Shown in pieces: positions 26,140 to 37,463 of a stretch of 64,000 bases of DNA. Under the pieces are notes generated by a model. It saw only the letters and a program-made list of their open reading frames with translations, did not search any database and had not been told where the DNA came from. How positions within the stretch are numbered: the stretch's first letter is position 1; every line of letters starts with the position of its first letter. Location of the stretch: the IMG/VR virus record IMGVR_UViG_3300032236_000862, positions 36,329-100,328 of that record; one strand, 5' to 3'. Source of the stretch: a virus. A program made the position numbers and the translations under genes.

Positions 26140-27064
26140 GAAGTGCTCTCCTAACTAGTGTATTTGTATCGGGTAGCTCCATGCCATAGAGCTCTTTCTG
26201 TTTACCGGCATTAAATGCATTTTGGTTATCCTTGATGGAGCGTAACGCCTGGATAGCACCGGAGCGTTTGCCTGCCTGCCAACGATAGTTGTTGTAGTCG
26301 GCGTAACCTTCTCCAACCTTGCTAAAGGCAACATGCCTGCTCTTATGAATATCATCATAGAAGGCAATAGCCTGTTCCATAGCAAGCTTTAGCTTACGCT
26401 CTGCGTTAACTTTGTACGCAGGGTTAGTGGAGTTGCGAACCTCATTCAACGCATCAGTGTAACGCTTTACCATTTCGGTAGCGTTATCGTGGTCACGCTG
26501 TGTTCGTTGTTCCCAAGCCCTGCTGTACGGAGGTTGTGGATTTAGATCTGGCTTTACAGTCCAAGTATCTGTGGTTAGGTCGTAGGCAGCATACGGGTTG
26601 ATATCACGTATGTCTGACTGAGGATTAACATAATAGGTAAGCTCATAGCCTTCCCAATTAGAAGTCTTAGGCATCAACTCTCTATTGAATCCCTCATTGA
26701 ATTCTTTTGCAATCTCTTCATCAGAGAAGCCTGAGAACTCTGGATTACTTCTACGGAAGTTAACGTAGTTGATGCCCACTAGACAATCTAAATCACCGGG
26801 TTGACGTGCAGCTTCCCATTGGTAAGATACGCCGGATCCGGCTAACCAGACATGTGTCCAAGAACCGGGAGCGTTGTACTGAGTGCCAAGGTAATCAAAG
26901 AGCATAGATAGGATACCCATACGGACCCAATGCTTTAGCTCTTCACCCTGAAATAGGTTGGGATCTAGCTCTCGAGAAGGAGCGCTGAAATAGGAAGTAG
27001 ACCCCGGTGTAATCACCGGGGCTACATCTGAAAAGTCTCCATAATCCATAAGCGTATTCTCCAC
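26129..27064 (-). CDS. Pol-beta-superfamily nucleotidyltransferase
   Basis: VWLAGSGVSYQW...GDLDCLV, distal YELTYY; ELDPNLF N-terminus. Confidence 0.8.
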   Translation of the reverse strand: MENTLMDYGDFSDVAPVITPGSTSYFSAPSRELDPNLFQGEELKHWVRMGILSMLFDYLGTQYNAPGSWTHVWLAGSGVSYQWEAARQPGDLDCLVGINYVNFRRSNPEFSGFSDEEIAKEFNEGFNRELMPKTSNWEGYELTYYVNPQSDIRDINPYAAYDLTTDTWTVKPDLNPQPPYSRAWEQRTQRDHDNATEMVKRYTDALNEVRNSTNPAYKVNAERKLKLAMEQAIAFYDDIHKSRHVAFSKVGEGYADYNNYRWQAGKRSGAIQALRSIKDNQNAFNAGKQKELYGMELPDTNTLVRRALRGQ

Positions 27065-27097
27065 CCTAATCGTCGTTACGTCACGGCATAGAGCAGA

Positions 27098-30000
27098 TTA
27101 CGCTGAAGGAGTTGCGTCCTCGACTGGTGGCTGCTGTGCTGCAGCAAGGCGTAGAGATACGTATTCTGCGGCTGACTGAGCCTGTAGATCCATAAGGATT
27201 TCTGATGTGTAACGGCGAACCTCGATAAGGCTTGCCTCACGCTGAACCGGAACTGTTATGATACCTGGGTTGCGCTCTACATATACATTACCGTCTTCGG
27301 TAACTAGTACTGCATAACCAAAGGCAATAGCTGGCCCTGTTGCTTCAGCAGTGTCGTGTGTGTGGTCTGCGGTCTCTTCTGACATGTTATATCCTATTCG
27401 TATAGTCCGGCTTTTTTACGGTTTTGTTCAACTACAAAGGTCTTAGCAGGGCAGAAATCACACAAGTACACCGTTGTACTTGCAGATTTCGCTGCACTCT
27501 CAAGACCAAGATCTTTGCGAAGCTCGTCTGTACCCTTAGGAACTAGACGCTTGTTCTTATTCTTCCAGTCATAACATCCCTCTACTGGACGCAAGTGAAG
27601 GTTAAAGCACTTCATGGCATCTTCATAGAAGGTTGCCTTAGTAGTATAGTAGTCAGGATCAATATCTGCAAGTCCGCCGCCAACTTTGTCACGCAAGTTC
27701 TTAATTACTTGCTTACGTACCTCTGGGCGTGAATAGGTTTTGATTCCGATCTTTGATAGAAAACCTGAGTGCGGAATACCTGCAGACTCGTGCTTATCAA
27801 TCATCACCTGCAGTAAGACGTCATCGTCTGGGTGGCCTTCGTAATCTGGCAACTCTTCGATACTCTTACAGTTATAGCAATAGAGCAGGCGAATATAAGG
27901 ACCTTCGTCCTTGATATTTGTCCAGGTCTTGCCCTCATCAGCGGGATTAGCTCCCCCGCCTAAAATTGGTAGTGACATCATGCCTCCTTGTGTTTATAGT
28001 ATATCCGATAAATTAGGATACGCCAAATCCTAGTCTTCCCAGAAGTTATCTCTCTGTGGGCCAGGAGTCTCATCATCGTAAGGGGTTACAGCCCTGCCAC
28101 CATTTTGTTCAGCTTGGTCAATAACCGGAGTTACATGGTCAATAGTCAAGCCTTGTTTTCCGTAATCTTTCATAAGGTCTTCGTCTACAGTTGTTTGACT
28201 GCCTGTTGGGCGACCTGAAGTCTGAAGTAATGGTGCTACTCCCGTAGCTCTAAATGTTGCATCAGCAGCGGAGTTACGCAAGCCCACCCTTCTTAGGTAG
28301 CTACGACGATTGGCCGCCTTATTTCCCTCTGCACTTAGGGACAAGTCTTGAGTTCCAACCAGGGTTGGGTCATGAAGAAACTGCAATGCATGTACATCGC
28401 ACATAGCGACTGTTGAATTACCGTACTTCTCGTGCCCGTCAAACATTAGGTTGCGTGTGGCAGGCAAATGATTGCGCTTGGTGTACTCGCACTTAGGGCG
28501 GGAAGCACGATTAACACGAGGTGTTTTAGCCTCGTCACTTGCATCCAAAGGTATAAACCTATTACGATCATCTACGCCGCTGGTGGCCTTGAGAATAGGC
28601 TTTTTCTCAATGGACATGCCACTGGTAGCACCAGTGCCTTCATTATCGAAAAGCTCCTCGGCACCGACCTGTTGGCCAGTAGAGGTGGTGATGCCTTGGG
28701 TACGCTTACCAGATTTTTTTCTTTCTTCGGCCATATCTAATCCTTTGTTGGGTCGTCCATGTTAATCATGCGCATAACGGATTCATCTCCGGCCCGCATA
28801 TTACGCTTAATGCGCTGATCTTTGAGAGAATGGATTGTAGCCTCTTGTTGACCTATTTCAAAATGTTCGGTGCGTGGCAAGATTGCCTTATACTCATCGG
28901 TATTTTGAGCATCGTTTAGGTAATTATCTAGGGCGCCTTCTACGGGCTTAGGAGGTTCGTAACTTACTTGCTCTGGCTCAAAGAGTGCGCCTTTAATCTT
29001 ATTAACTTTATGGCGAAGCTTAGTGCGTCGAGACATGGGAAGATTTACTACGTTGTTTGGGGTATCTAACCCCCTACGAGCAGGATGGTTAGGACCAGCG
29101 TTGCCCATATCGTCCATGTTAGTAGTTAGCACCCATTTGGTTATTGGATACATCAGCTACTGGCATTGGAGAGCGTGGCTTTACTGAGCTCTTAATATCT
29201 GTTGGGGCAACCATTGAAGATGCCTCTTGATCAATGAAGTCATAGTTCCAGTAAGGATGAAGACCACGGCGATTAGCCAAGGTGATATCGTCACCGGTAC
29301 CTACAGCAACCTCTGTGTTAGGACGGACCTTACGGTACTTGCCGTCAGTTGAGCCTTCTTCTAGTCCACCATTGAGTGAACGGGAGTTATTTACGGCCAT
29401 AATTGGCTCCTTTGTCTCTTTGTTCTGCTGTGGTTGCAGATACCTTTACATGATGCATCTTGTCTTCAAATTCCATAGAGTCCCAATCGGTTTCATCAGG
29501 CTCAAAATATTTTTTAGCATGTCCTGCACCTACTGCAAAGCCACGGTTATTTGTGGCTGGTGCTTTTTTTCCTGCCATAGGTCCTGCAGGATGATCTTCT
29601 TCATACCGTTCCCAACCTGAAGCGTTGCCTAAAGCTGCCATTGCAGCCTTGTGGCCGGCAATGCCTCGCTCGGTGGCACGTGCCGCTACAACCTTCTTAC
29701 GATTGCGAATCGGACGAATCATAGGGTGCTCCTAATTTCTTAGATATCTAGTAGGAATACTACCATTTCCGTGTACTGATGGGTACTCAATCATTACAAT
29801 TGTTTACTTACCGTGGGCCTTTTTCTTGGTTGGGGCAGCTTTCTTATCTTTAAGAGCTTGCTCAGCCATCTTTGCCTTGGCAGCGTCTGCTGGGGTAAGG
29901 ACCTTCAGGTTCTTGACCTTGTAGCCCTTCATGTGCTCCCCGTTAGGGTTCTTGATCTTTCCTTCTGACTTCTTCTTTGTCATTTCTCACTCATTCCTTG

Positions 30001-31933
30001 TCTGACAAGCTGTTCCATCTTAGAGCTTCGGCAGTTACCGCAAACGCCCTTATGAACTTGCATAGCTTCGTAGGGTCCCATAATGTTGCCGCATGAGCGG
30101 CACTCTTTACTTCCGCCATAAATAGTCTCGGTGTAGATATCGCTGTCAGTCATCTTGACCTTTTTCAAAGCTATCATTACGGCCTTCAGACTCCGGCTTT
30201 TTAGAGGTACCACGGTACTCAAATACGATTCCGCTTACAGATCCCTGTTGGGTGTCAATTACTCTTTGGTAGATAGGTTGCTTAGCCATTACCACATACC
30301 TTCATTCATATTGCGAGCTGTTCCCTGGTAACCGGCTTGGCTCTTAGTGTAGTCAACACGCTGTGGCTCATCATAAGCCTCGTTAACATCCATTACGTCC
30401 ATGATACCCAGCTCACGTGTGCGATAGCCAAATCGTGGTGGGAATAGGTTCACCTGTGGAAGAGGTGGGCGGACAATATCTTGCAACAATACGCCGGGCA
30501 TAGTCAAAGAATAAAGAGCACGGGACATCAAGCCCTCTTGCATAGAGGAGAATGGGCCCATGTAGTCGTAACGAAGAAGACTTGGTTCAGGCTCTTCGTT
30601 AACAATAGGGCGGCCCTTGCTATGATCATAAACACCATCTTGGTTCATTCTGGGGCCTTCCAGTCAATGTTACGAGGCGAACCGTACCTACGGTCAATCT
30701 CAACGGGTGTGATTCTCTTGATAGGCTTAAAGCGATTTTCTCTAAAAGCTGACTTAAGATCATTGGTATTATACGTGGCTCCGGTAAGTCTGTCTGTAGC
30801 TATACGAGGTCCACGGAAAGTTCTGTTTTCAAATCCAGCATTGCGGCGATCTGGTTGATTATGTGTATCGTAAGGTGTCTGACCATTTCTACGCATGTTG
30901 TTATTAGCCATATCAGCGTTAAGCAAGCGATTCTTAAGGTCCTCATGGATATGGCCCCAACGAAGCTCTCGAGCTTGCTGGTCCTCACCTTTAGTAGCTG
31001 GGTGTGTGCCGTAGCGTAGGGAGGCCACATGATCTGCAACATCTCTGGTACTGAACCACACACGGTGCTTACCTAGTACACCCTGGTTTGTTCCTCCACC
31101 TTGTCCTTGAAATTCAATGTGCTGGTTGATGCCGGTTTCCCACGCAAGACGTGCACTATCTTTTCTACCTAGAATCTCACCTAACTTACCATGAGACATA
31201 AATGGAATGCCGTCATCGTCAACGGGGACATCTTTGGCTTGTGAATCAACAAGAGGAACTCCAGGAAAGACTGCACCTGGCCGCACACCTTTAGCAGCAC
31301 GTTCTTCAGGTGTAGGATTCCAGGCGCTACCATCATAGGTATTGGCCTCATCCTTACCTGATAGTAACTGTGCTTTTAAAGAGTCATCCACTATTGCCAC
31401 CTAGGCTTTAGATGGGAGAAGGTATCTGCTGTGCGAGGATTGAACTCGGCAGGGACATTAGATGAAATATTAGACTTACCATCGTTAACAAGATGCGGTG
31501 CTGGGGCTAGCTGAGTTAGAGGAGAGTTCCTCTTCATGTCCATAGTAATAGAGCCATCGTTATCTACAAGCTGTGGACGTGCCATAACTCTACGATCTGG
31601 CTGCATGTTCTGTGGCCACAAGTACTGAGCCGGATCAATGCGCTCTCCACGGTGCACGCCACGTTGGTATGCACGTTGGTTCTGACGATTCTTAAGAGAG
31701 TCAAGAACTACATCTGAGACTGCATAAGGCTTGCCCTTATCATCTCGACGTGAGCGAATAGATCCTAGGTAACCGTCTGGATACTCTGCTTGAGGGGCAC
31801 GGCCAACACCGATGCGGAGGAAGTCCATCTCGCTTCGTGGGACGACAGGAGTACCGCCACCACCTGTAGTGGTGTACGCTCCAATGAAACCGCTAGCACC
31901 TAGGTACTGCCAGTTTTGATGCGACTCAGCCAT
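27098..31933 (-). CDS. Cluster of about 11 hypothetical genes (27098-27385, 27394-27981 Zn-binding, 28030-28734, 28737-29117, 29119-29400, 29387-29722, 29804-29983 Lys-rich, 29980-30222, 30289-30648, 30645-31400, 31391-31933)
   Basis: Tightly packed co-oriented ORFs; no family recognised. Confidence 0.75.
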
Positions 31934-31971
31934 GTTTACTCCTTAGACGGTCTCAGTATACCCGTAAAAGC

Positions 31972-31998
31972 AAAAGGCCGGGGTGTAATTCCCCGGCC
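31972..31998 (-). terminator. Intrinsic terminator
   Basis: GGCCGGGG/CCCCGGCC followed by TTTTGCTTTT. Confidence 0.8.
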
Positions 31999-32013
31999 CG
32001 TTACTAGACTTAA

Positions 32014-32193
32014 TTACTTAGCAGATGGTGAGGCGTGGTTAATTGCGCCCTTGAGGACTGGACCAAGAACACCAACTAGAGCTGCCCAGGCTACCTTTTT
32101 AAGATCGTGGTTGCCGGTCTGCCAGATAGCTACGCCTGCAGCTGCAGTTGCGTATACATAATGTTCTACCAGTGACTTTGTCTTTGGATTCAT
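32014..32193 (-). CDS. Holin-like membrane protein (59 aa)
   Basis: Two hydrophobic segments; downstream of the endolysin. Confidence 0.55.
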   Translation of the reverse strand: MNPKTKSLVEHYVYATAAAGVAIWQTGNHDLKKVAWAALVGVLGPVLKGAINHASPSAK

Positions 32194-32255
32194 TTTATAT
32201 TCCTTCTCTAGAAGACACCTTTGTGTCCCTGGTAATAGTATACAGGGAGTCTTGT

Positions 32256-32489
32256 CTACTCGTCAACTTCTAGATTGTTTACGTAAGGAGTAATGATATG
32301 AGATTCTGCGGAAACGTTAGGCTTAGCGGTATTTGTAGTGGGAACTGCAGACCCCGCCAGGAGAGTGGACGCAACAGCAACTAGATGCTTTGGGTCAGTT
32401 GGGTAACCCATCGCCGCCCAAGCAGTCATGCCTGCTGATCCGGATATACCCATGGTGACTGGGTTAGTTAAGTTTAATTTGACACCCAT
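32256..32489 (-). CDS. Holin-like membrane protein
   Basis: Two hydrophobic segments; coupled to the endolysin stop. Confidence 0.55.
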   Translation of the reverse strand: MGVKLNLTNPVTMGISGSAGMTAWAAMGYPTDPKHLVAVASTLLAGSAVPTTNTAKPNVSAESHIITPYVNNLEVDE

Positions 32490-33340
32490 TATTTTTTAGC
32501 CTCCGCTACCAAAGCAGCATAGGTTACCGGACCTACGATACCATCAGCTTTTCCTAGTGAAGGATTGGCTTTCTGATAGGCTAGCACGGCAGCCTCTGTT
32601 GCAGCATCAAATGCATTATCAGCAAGAGTAAGAAGCTTTAGTTTAACCAGACCCTGCTCAATAACAAATACGGCTTGGTTCTTTGCACCTATAACAAAAC
32701 TGCCCGTTCCTGGAAAGGCTGGGGCACTGATCGTTGTAGTTGGTTTAGTGGTTGTAGGAGAAGAGTTATTATTAATAACAGCTGCCCCACCTCCGCCTAA
32801 AGCAGTGGCTCCAGCTACAGCTCCCGCAACTTTTTTATTTTGTGACAAGGTTGCGGCCGGCTTTGTTGTTACAGGATAATTAGGGCGAGCAATAGCCATA
32901 ATGTTTAGATAAGGACGGTGACGTAACCAAACGCCATCGCCATTTGCTTGGCTTCCCATCTTATGATCAGCGCTAGTATTGCCCTCAACTGTTGTGATTC
33001 CATCTTTAGAGGCCGCAACAATTATACCTACATGCTCTGCTGTATGACCTGACCAGCTGAAGAATACGATATCTCCTGGTTGTCCAGCATACTTATCAAC
33101 AATCTGACCCTTTTTTTGAAACCAAGATAGGCCATCAGGGCAATAAGAAAAACCTTTAGATGTAGTGGCTGCAACAATAGAGCTCAACCCTGCTTGTGCA
33201 AAACACCATGAAACGAACATTGCGCAATAAGGCTCATGGTTCATTCCGTACCAGACGCCATACTTATTATCATTGTTAGGGCCCTCAACGAAGCCCACTT
33301 CTTTACGTGCGAAGCTTACGACATCAATTCCGCTGCTCAT
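32489..33340 (-). CDS. Endolysin: CHAP domain plus peptidoglycan-binding domain
   Basis: YCAMFVSW, PGDIVFF, HVGI, TVEGNT; C-terminal AVLAYQ...ADGIVGPVT. Confidence 0.9.
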   Translation of the reverse strand: MSSGIDVVSFARKEVGFVEGPNNDNKYGVWYGMNHEPYCAMFVSWCFAQAGLSSIVAATTSKGFSYCPDGLSWFQKKGQIVDKYAGQPGDIVFFSWSGHTAEHVGIIVAASKDGITTVEGNTSADHKMGSQANGDGVWLRHRPYLNIMAIARPNYPVTTKPAATLSQNKKVAGAVAGATALGGGGAAVINNNSSPTTTKPTTTISAPAFPGTGSFVIGAKNQAVFVIEQGLVKLKLLTLADNAFDAATEAAVLAYQKANPSLGKADGIVGPVTYAALVAEAKK

Positions 33341-33819
33341 TTGTATACCAATACTTCTGCTAGATCGCCTGGGGTTACTAAGTCATCCTTCTTATTAATG
33401 ATAGGAAGACCGACCGTACGATAGGAGTAAGCTACCAATTCGGAACAAAACCAGCTCTGTGTGTTAGCTATCTTTTTCCAAAATACGTTTGGACGTATGA
33501 ATCTTAGCCCTACAATACGAAAGAATAATGCCGCAATGTCAAGGAATGCGTATGGCTTGCCAACCTCTTTTAGAGCGGTCTGGACTATCTCTTCCCTTAC
33601 AGCATCGTCTATGGAATCGTGATGATTCCAAGCAATACTTGGGTATTTGCTAGAAGGGCTGATAGCTACTCCGGTGGGATTGGCTTCAACAATAGTGCCG
33701 CTACCTATGTAGATAAAAGCATGGTTCCACCTAGATGCGGTACCTACTCGGATAAGCTTACCGATAATTCCGTTTGTCTTTACTACCCCGTAGTCTCCTG
33801 GGCGTGGTTCGTATGACAT
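33337..33819 (-). CDS. Permuted papain-like (YaeF/YiiX) amidase
   Basis: PGD, WNHAFIY, GKPY, FCSELV, VTPGDL. Confidence 0.85.
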   Translation of the reverse strand: MSYEPRPGDYGVVKTNGIIGKLIRVGTASRWNHAFIYIGSGTIVEANPTGVAISPSSKYPSIAWNHHDSIDDAVREEIVQTALKEVGKPYAFLDIAALFFRIVGLRFIRPNVFWKKIANTQSWFCSELVAYSYRTVGLPIINKKDDLVTPGDLAEVLVYK

Positions 33820-33820
33820 G

Positions 33821-34132
33821 TTACCCCCTATTGAGGGAGTGCTCTTCGATATGCTGCTCAAACTTTCCCTCAAGTTTTGAAACGCTTTGCTGAACCTCTA
33901 CCTGATTTGTACGAAGTTCCTGGAGTAAAGGTAGTACCTGCAGTTTAAGAACATCGCTCATAGAAGAACCGTGATTAGGGGTTACTTCGGCTTTAATAAC
34001 CTTTAGATCTTCTTTGCTCTCTTCAATGAGATGCTTGACTGTCTTTTTAGCTACAAACCACAAGGCACTTCCTACACCTGCTATTACGAAGAAGTACGAA
34101 TATACAACGGTGGCCCAGTCACTAGCGGTCAT
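33821..34132 (-). CDS. Membrane protein with coiled-coil tail (lysis-associated)
   Basis: N-terminal TM, PNHGSSM.D motif. Confidence 0.65.
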   Translation of the reverse strand: MTASDWATVVYSYFFVIAGVGSALWFVAKKTVKHLIEESKEDLKVIKAEVTPNHGSSMSDVLKLQVLPLLQELRTNQVEVQQSVSKLEGKFEQHIEEHSLNRG

Positions 34133-34209
34133 TAGGGATCTCCTATAATAGAAACGGTGTAATGCACATATTGTGCACTACACCGGTCTATTTGTGTTGC
34201 TAAACGTAA

Positions 34210-35373
34210 CTACTGTATAGCTAGTTTTGTAGATACAATCTCTTGCCCACGGTACATGGTCTTGCCCTTATGGATATGAACCTGGTCAAAGTGGAAGCTA
34301 TCGTCATCCCCATCTTTAAAGAAGATAACGCTTACTCCTTGCTGCCAGTTCTCAAAATACTGAAGCGCTTGGCCTTTGATGTCCACACCACCTTTAACGG
34401 AAGGGACTGCACCATCAACCCTGCAGAGACATCCCGGGCTAAAAGAGACACTTTTAATGGCCTGGTCACGATCAAATACAGTCTTGGACTGCTGTTCCAT
34501 GCGATGAGTATGACCAAATAACGTAGAGATATTTGGATTCGAATTTGCATACTGAGCAGCCGTAGAACCAGACGCATTAGCACGATCACCGTGCATAGCA
34601 CGAAGACGCTTATTAATCCAGTGTGCAGCAGCTGGGTAGCCATCAATAAACTCCACTCCTAACTCATCACAACGAAGCAGATTCTGCAAGCTGTTTACAG
34701 GCCATGAGTTTGGCATGTTAGCCACCTTCAAACCATAAGCTGCAGCAGCATTTGTATTGATGAAGCGGTTAAGACGCTTGTCGTGGTTTCCTTCTAGAAG
34801 GATGATACGAGCATCTGCACCGGCCTCAGCACGCTGCTCTGCTAAGAACAAGTGGCCACGATCAATAGCCAGTTGTGCGGTATGCGCAAAGACAGCTTCT
34901 TGTTCATAGGTGCCGTACATAGGTAGGTCTAGGAAGTCCCCTAGGTTAATTACCTGATCTACAGGATGGCCATGATCTAAACCTACTACCTGAAGTGCTA
35001 CGTCCATAGCGTCCTCATCGTGGAATGGGTCTAGCGTACCGTCTTCATAACGGCGATAGCCAATCTGTGGGTCTGGAAGTGCTACTGCAACTTTCCAGTT
35101 ACTGCTAATTAGAGCAGGTGTACGAACCTTTGGCTGTACGACTGTAGGTGCGGCCTGCTGTACAGGCTGCCACTTTGGACCCTCGTTCCAAGCAGGAGAC
35201 AAGATGATCTTAGTGTCATCAGGGTTATTAGACAAACTAACCTTGCTGATCTTGCCAACATCTTCTGGAGTTAGTCCGTTAGCTTTAAGAAGCTTTTCAA
35301 TAGAGTTAATGGCATTGTTGGTAACGACCTCTGCCTTGGCCTCGTTATATGATTCGCCTAGCGACATCCGCAC
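34210..35373 (-). CDS. Calcineurin-like metallophosphoesterase
   Basis: LPDPQ, NLGDFLD, EGNHD, HGD, FGHTH. Confidence 0.9.
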   Translation of the reverse strand: MRMSLGESYNEAKAEVVTNNAINSIEKLLKANGLTPEDVGKISKVSLSNNPDDTKIILSPAWNEGPKWQPVQQAAPTVVQPKVRTPALISSNWKVAVALPDPQIGYRRYEDGTLDPFHDEDAMDVALQVVGLDHGHPVDQVINLGDFLDLPMYGTYEQEAVFAHTAQLAIDRGHLFLAEQRAEAGADARIILLEGNHDKRLNRFINTNAAAAYGLKVANMPNSWPVNSLQNLLRCDELGVEFIDGYPAAAHWINKRLRAMHGDRANASGSTAAQYANSNPNISTLFGHTHRMEQQSKTVFDRDQAIKSVSFSPGCLCRVDGAVPSVKGGVDIKGQALQYFENWQQGVSVIFFKDGDDDSFHFDQVHIHKGKTMYRGQEIVSTKLAIQ

Positions 35374-36010
35374 TCTCCTAATCTATGGGCACGGAGAGAC
35401 GAGATACTAAAGGTAGCCCCGGCATCTTTGTAAAGGTTATATAGATTCTTATTGGAGAACTCATCGTCTGAAATAGACTGATTGAATGCGTCTCTATCTG
35501 CGCCCTCAAACTGAATGCCCCACTGAGCTACAACACAACGGTTTGCAGCGTTTTCGATCTTTGCTTTTTCGTACAGCCCTTGTAACACATTGCCCCCAAT
35601 GTTTAGATTAACAGGGCCCTGTTACAGGCCCTGCTAATAGTATATCCGATTTAGTAGGAAGTTTCCATTCCTTCAGACCATGAGTCCTTCTGACGAATGA
35701 CTGATGGGCTGATGATCTTGCTGTTAGCCTGTGTAAGACCAGCAGCAGGTTCTGTCTGTGGTGCATAGCTTGCCTTAACGCCGTAGCGAGCGCCTAGACG
35801 CTCCTGTCCTGCGTAAGGACGGTTAGCACGGTTCTTCTTTGTGCCTGCTGCGGTAGGATCACCGGCTGCAGTGTTCTTCTTCTTTACAAGTGTTCCTCGT
35901 TCAGGCTTAACTGAAGGAGAAGTGAATGAAACAGGCTTCTGGCCCATTGGCTCACGTGGTGCGCCAACCTTTGCCATTCCCGCCAATGCTTCTTGTTCTG
36001 GAGTTGCCAT
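35358..36010 (-). CDS. Two hypothetical genes (35358-35588, 35651-36010)
   Basis: ORF track; the first ends in HR.GECGC. Confidence 0.7.
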
Positions 36011-36053
36011 GTTGGTACCTAACTGTTAGAGATCTCTTGGTACTAATAATAGA

Positions 36054-36332
36054 TTAACTTACCGAGATTGTAAAGACTATTGCTGAGATGTTGCCATCCC
36101 TAGACTCTACAGTGGTAAATCCTGGACGGCAGCTAAGGTCTAAACCACGAGGGGCTACATAGCCTCTTGCGATTGCAATTGCCTTTACTGCCTGGTTTAC
36201 TGCTGATGCTCCTACTGCCCGGAGCTTTACCTGTGGTGATTCATACAGTGCGTGTGCAATGGCTGAGCCTACGGCTTGGGCATTAGATCCAGCGCCTACA
36301 CGCAAGAATCCGTCTTCTTTTTCTTCAGTCAC
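36054..36332 (-). CDS. spoVS: SpoVS-family (Alba-like) protein
   Basis: LRV...SN..AVGSAIA...AVGASAVNQAVKAIAIARGYVAP.G.DL...PGF; probable GTG start at 36332. Confidence 0.92.
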   Translation of the reverse strand: MTEEKEDGFLRVGAGSNAQAVGSAIAHALYESPQVKLRAVGASAVNQAVKAIAIARGYVAPRGLDLSCRPGFTTVESRDGNISAIVFTISVS

Positions 36333-36383
36333 GATTTGTAGTCCTTTAGGTTCGATTTTTAGTCGCCCACCTAGGAACATATC

Positions 36384-36731
36384 TTACGGTGTATCGCCGT
36401 ATCCCGCATCCCTAATTAGCTTCACAAAATCTTCTAACCGAAGGCAGGTCATAAACTCCCCTACAGAAGCCTCTCCTTGGCCGTTTAAGCGGAGAACTAC
36501 CACAGGTAGATCATTCTCATTAGCACGATCCTTGAGCTGCTTCATGGCCCCACTAGGGTTGAAATCAGCCCTAGCCTTTACTTCCCAATCAATACCAACA
36601 GTACCGGTAATATCAGTGCCAGATCTACCAGCACCCGTACTTTCTGCGAACGGAAAGCCTCGTTTAGCAAGATACTCAGCTACTAACTTCTGTGTCCGGT
36701 AGCCCCGGTGTTTCCGACTCTGGCTCGGCAT
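36384..36731 (-). CDS. Holliday junction resolvase (Hjc-type PD-(D/E)XK)
   Basis: RG...Q..VAEYL...G.D...WEVKAR. Confidence 0.8.
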   Translation of the reverse strand: MPSQSRKHRGYRTQKLVAEYLAKRGFPFAESTGAGRSGTDITGTVGIDWEVKARADFNPSGAMKQLKDRANENDLPVVVLRLNGQGEASVGEFMTCLRLEDFVKLIRDAGYGDTP

Positions 36732-37463
36732 ATAGACCCTCCCGCTTTAGATACTCGTCAATAATAGTTTGGTTTTCAGCTATTTGGTCCTCTAGCATAG
36801 CGATCTCACCATCGGTAAGTTTATCTTTACCTTCTTCAAACATCTGCTTACCCAAGTAGTGGGCCTGCATGAAGCGAGACATATTAAACCGCTCACGGGC
36901 TTTAAGAAAGAGCTGCTGTTCTTCGATACGTGCGGCAATCTTTTCCTGGCGCTTACTCATGTATTGAACCTCCTAGTCCTAGCTCGCATGCCTCCACCAT
37001 CGGATGTGCGGCGGGTCAGCTCACGAGACACTACTTGTGAATCCCTCTCAACATTGAGAGTTCTTGTTTCAATGATCTTACGGAAAGCATACTTAACATC
37101 CAGCTCATGCTGCAGCTCTTTAACCTCGGTAGTAGAAGCAATCTGAGCTTTGATCAAAGCTACACGATCTCCCTTTGCACCAGTCCAGTGTCGCAGCATA
37201 CTGGCAGCTTCCTGGGTGTCAAGGTTTCGTTGAGCTTCTCTCTCATTAATAATAGCAATAGCGTGAGCACCGGCTAGGTGATCGTTCCATTGAGTAAACT
37301 GAACAAAGAGATCCATGAGACCTTCGTCATCCAGCTCAGTAATGTCACGGGGTAACGCCGGAATCTCGTACTCAGGCTTTGCAGTCAAGGAGAAACCTAG
37401 CTCGTTAACTGCACTTAACACATCCCTGCTAATGCTCATTTTGCCTCCTGGAATGGGGCGCAA
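36676..37463 (-). CDS. Two helical hypothetical genes (36676-36960; 36957-37463, possible recombination mediator)
   Basis: Coiled-coil composition; C-terminal SRELTRR; recombination context. Confidence 0.55.
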
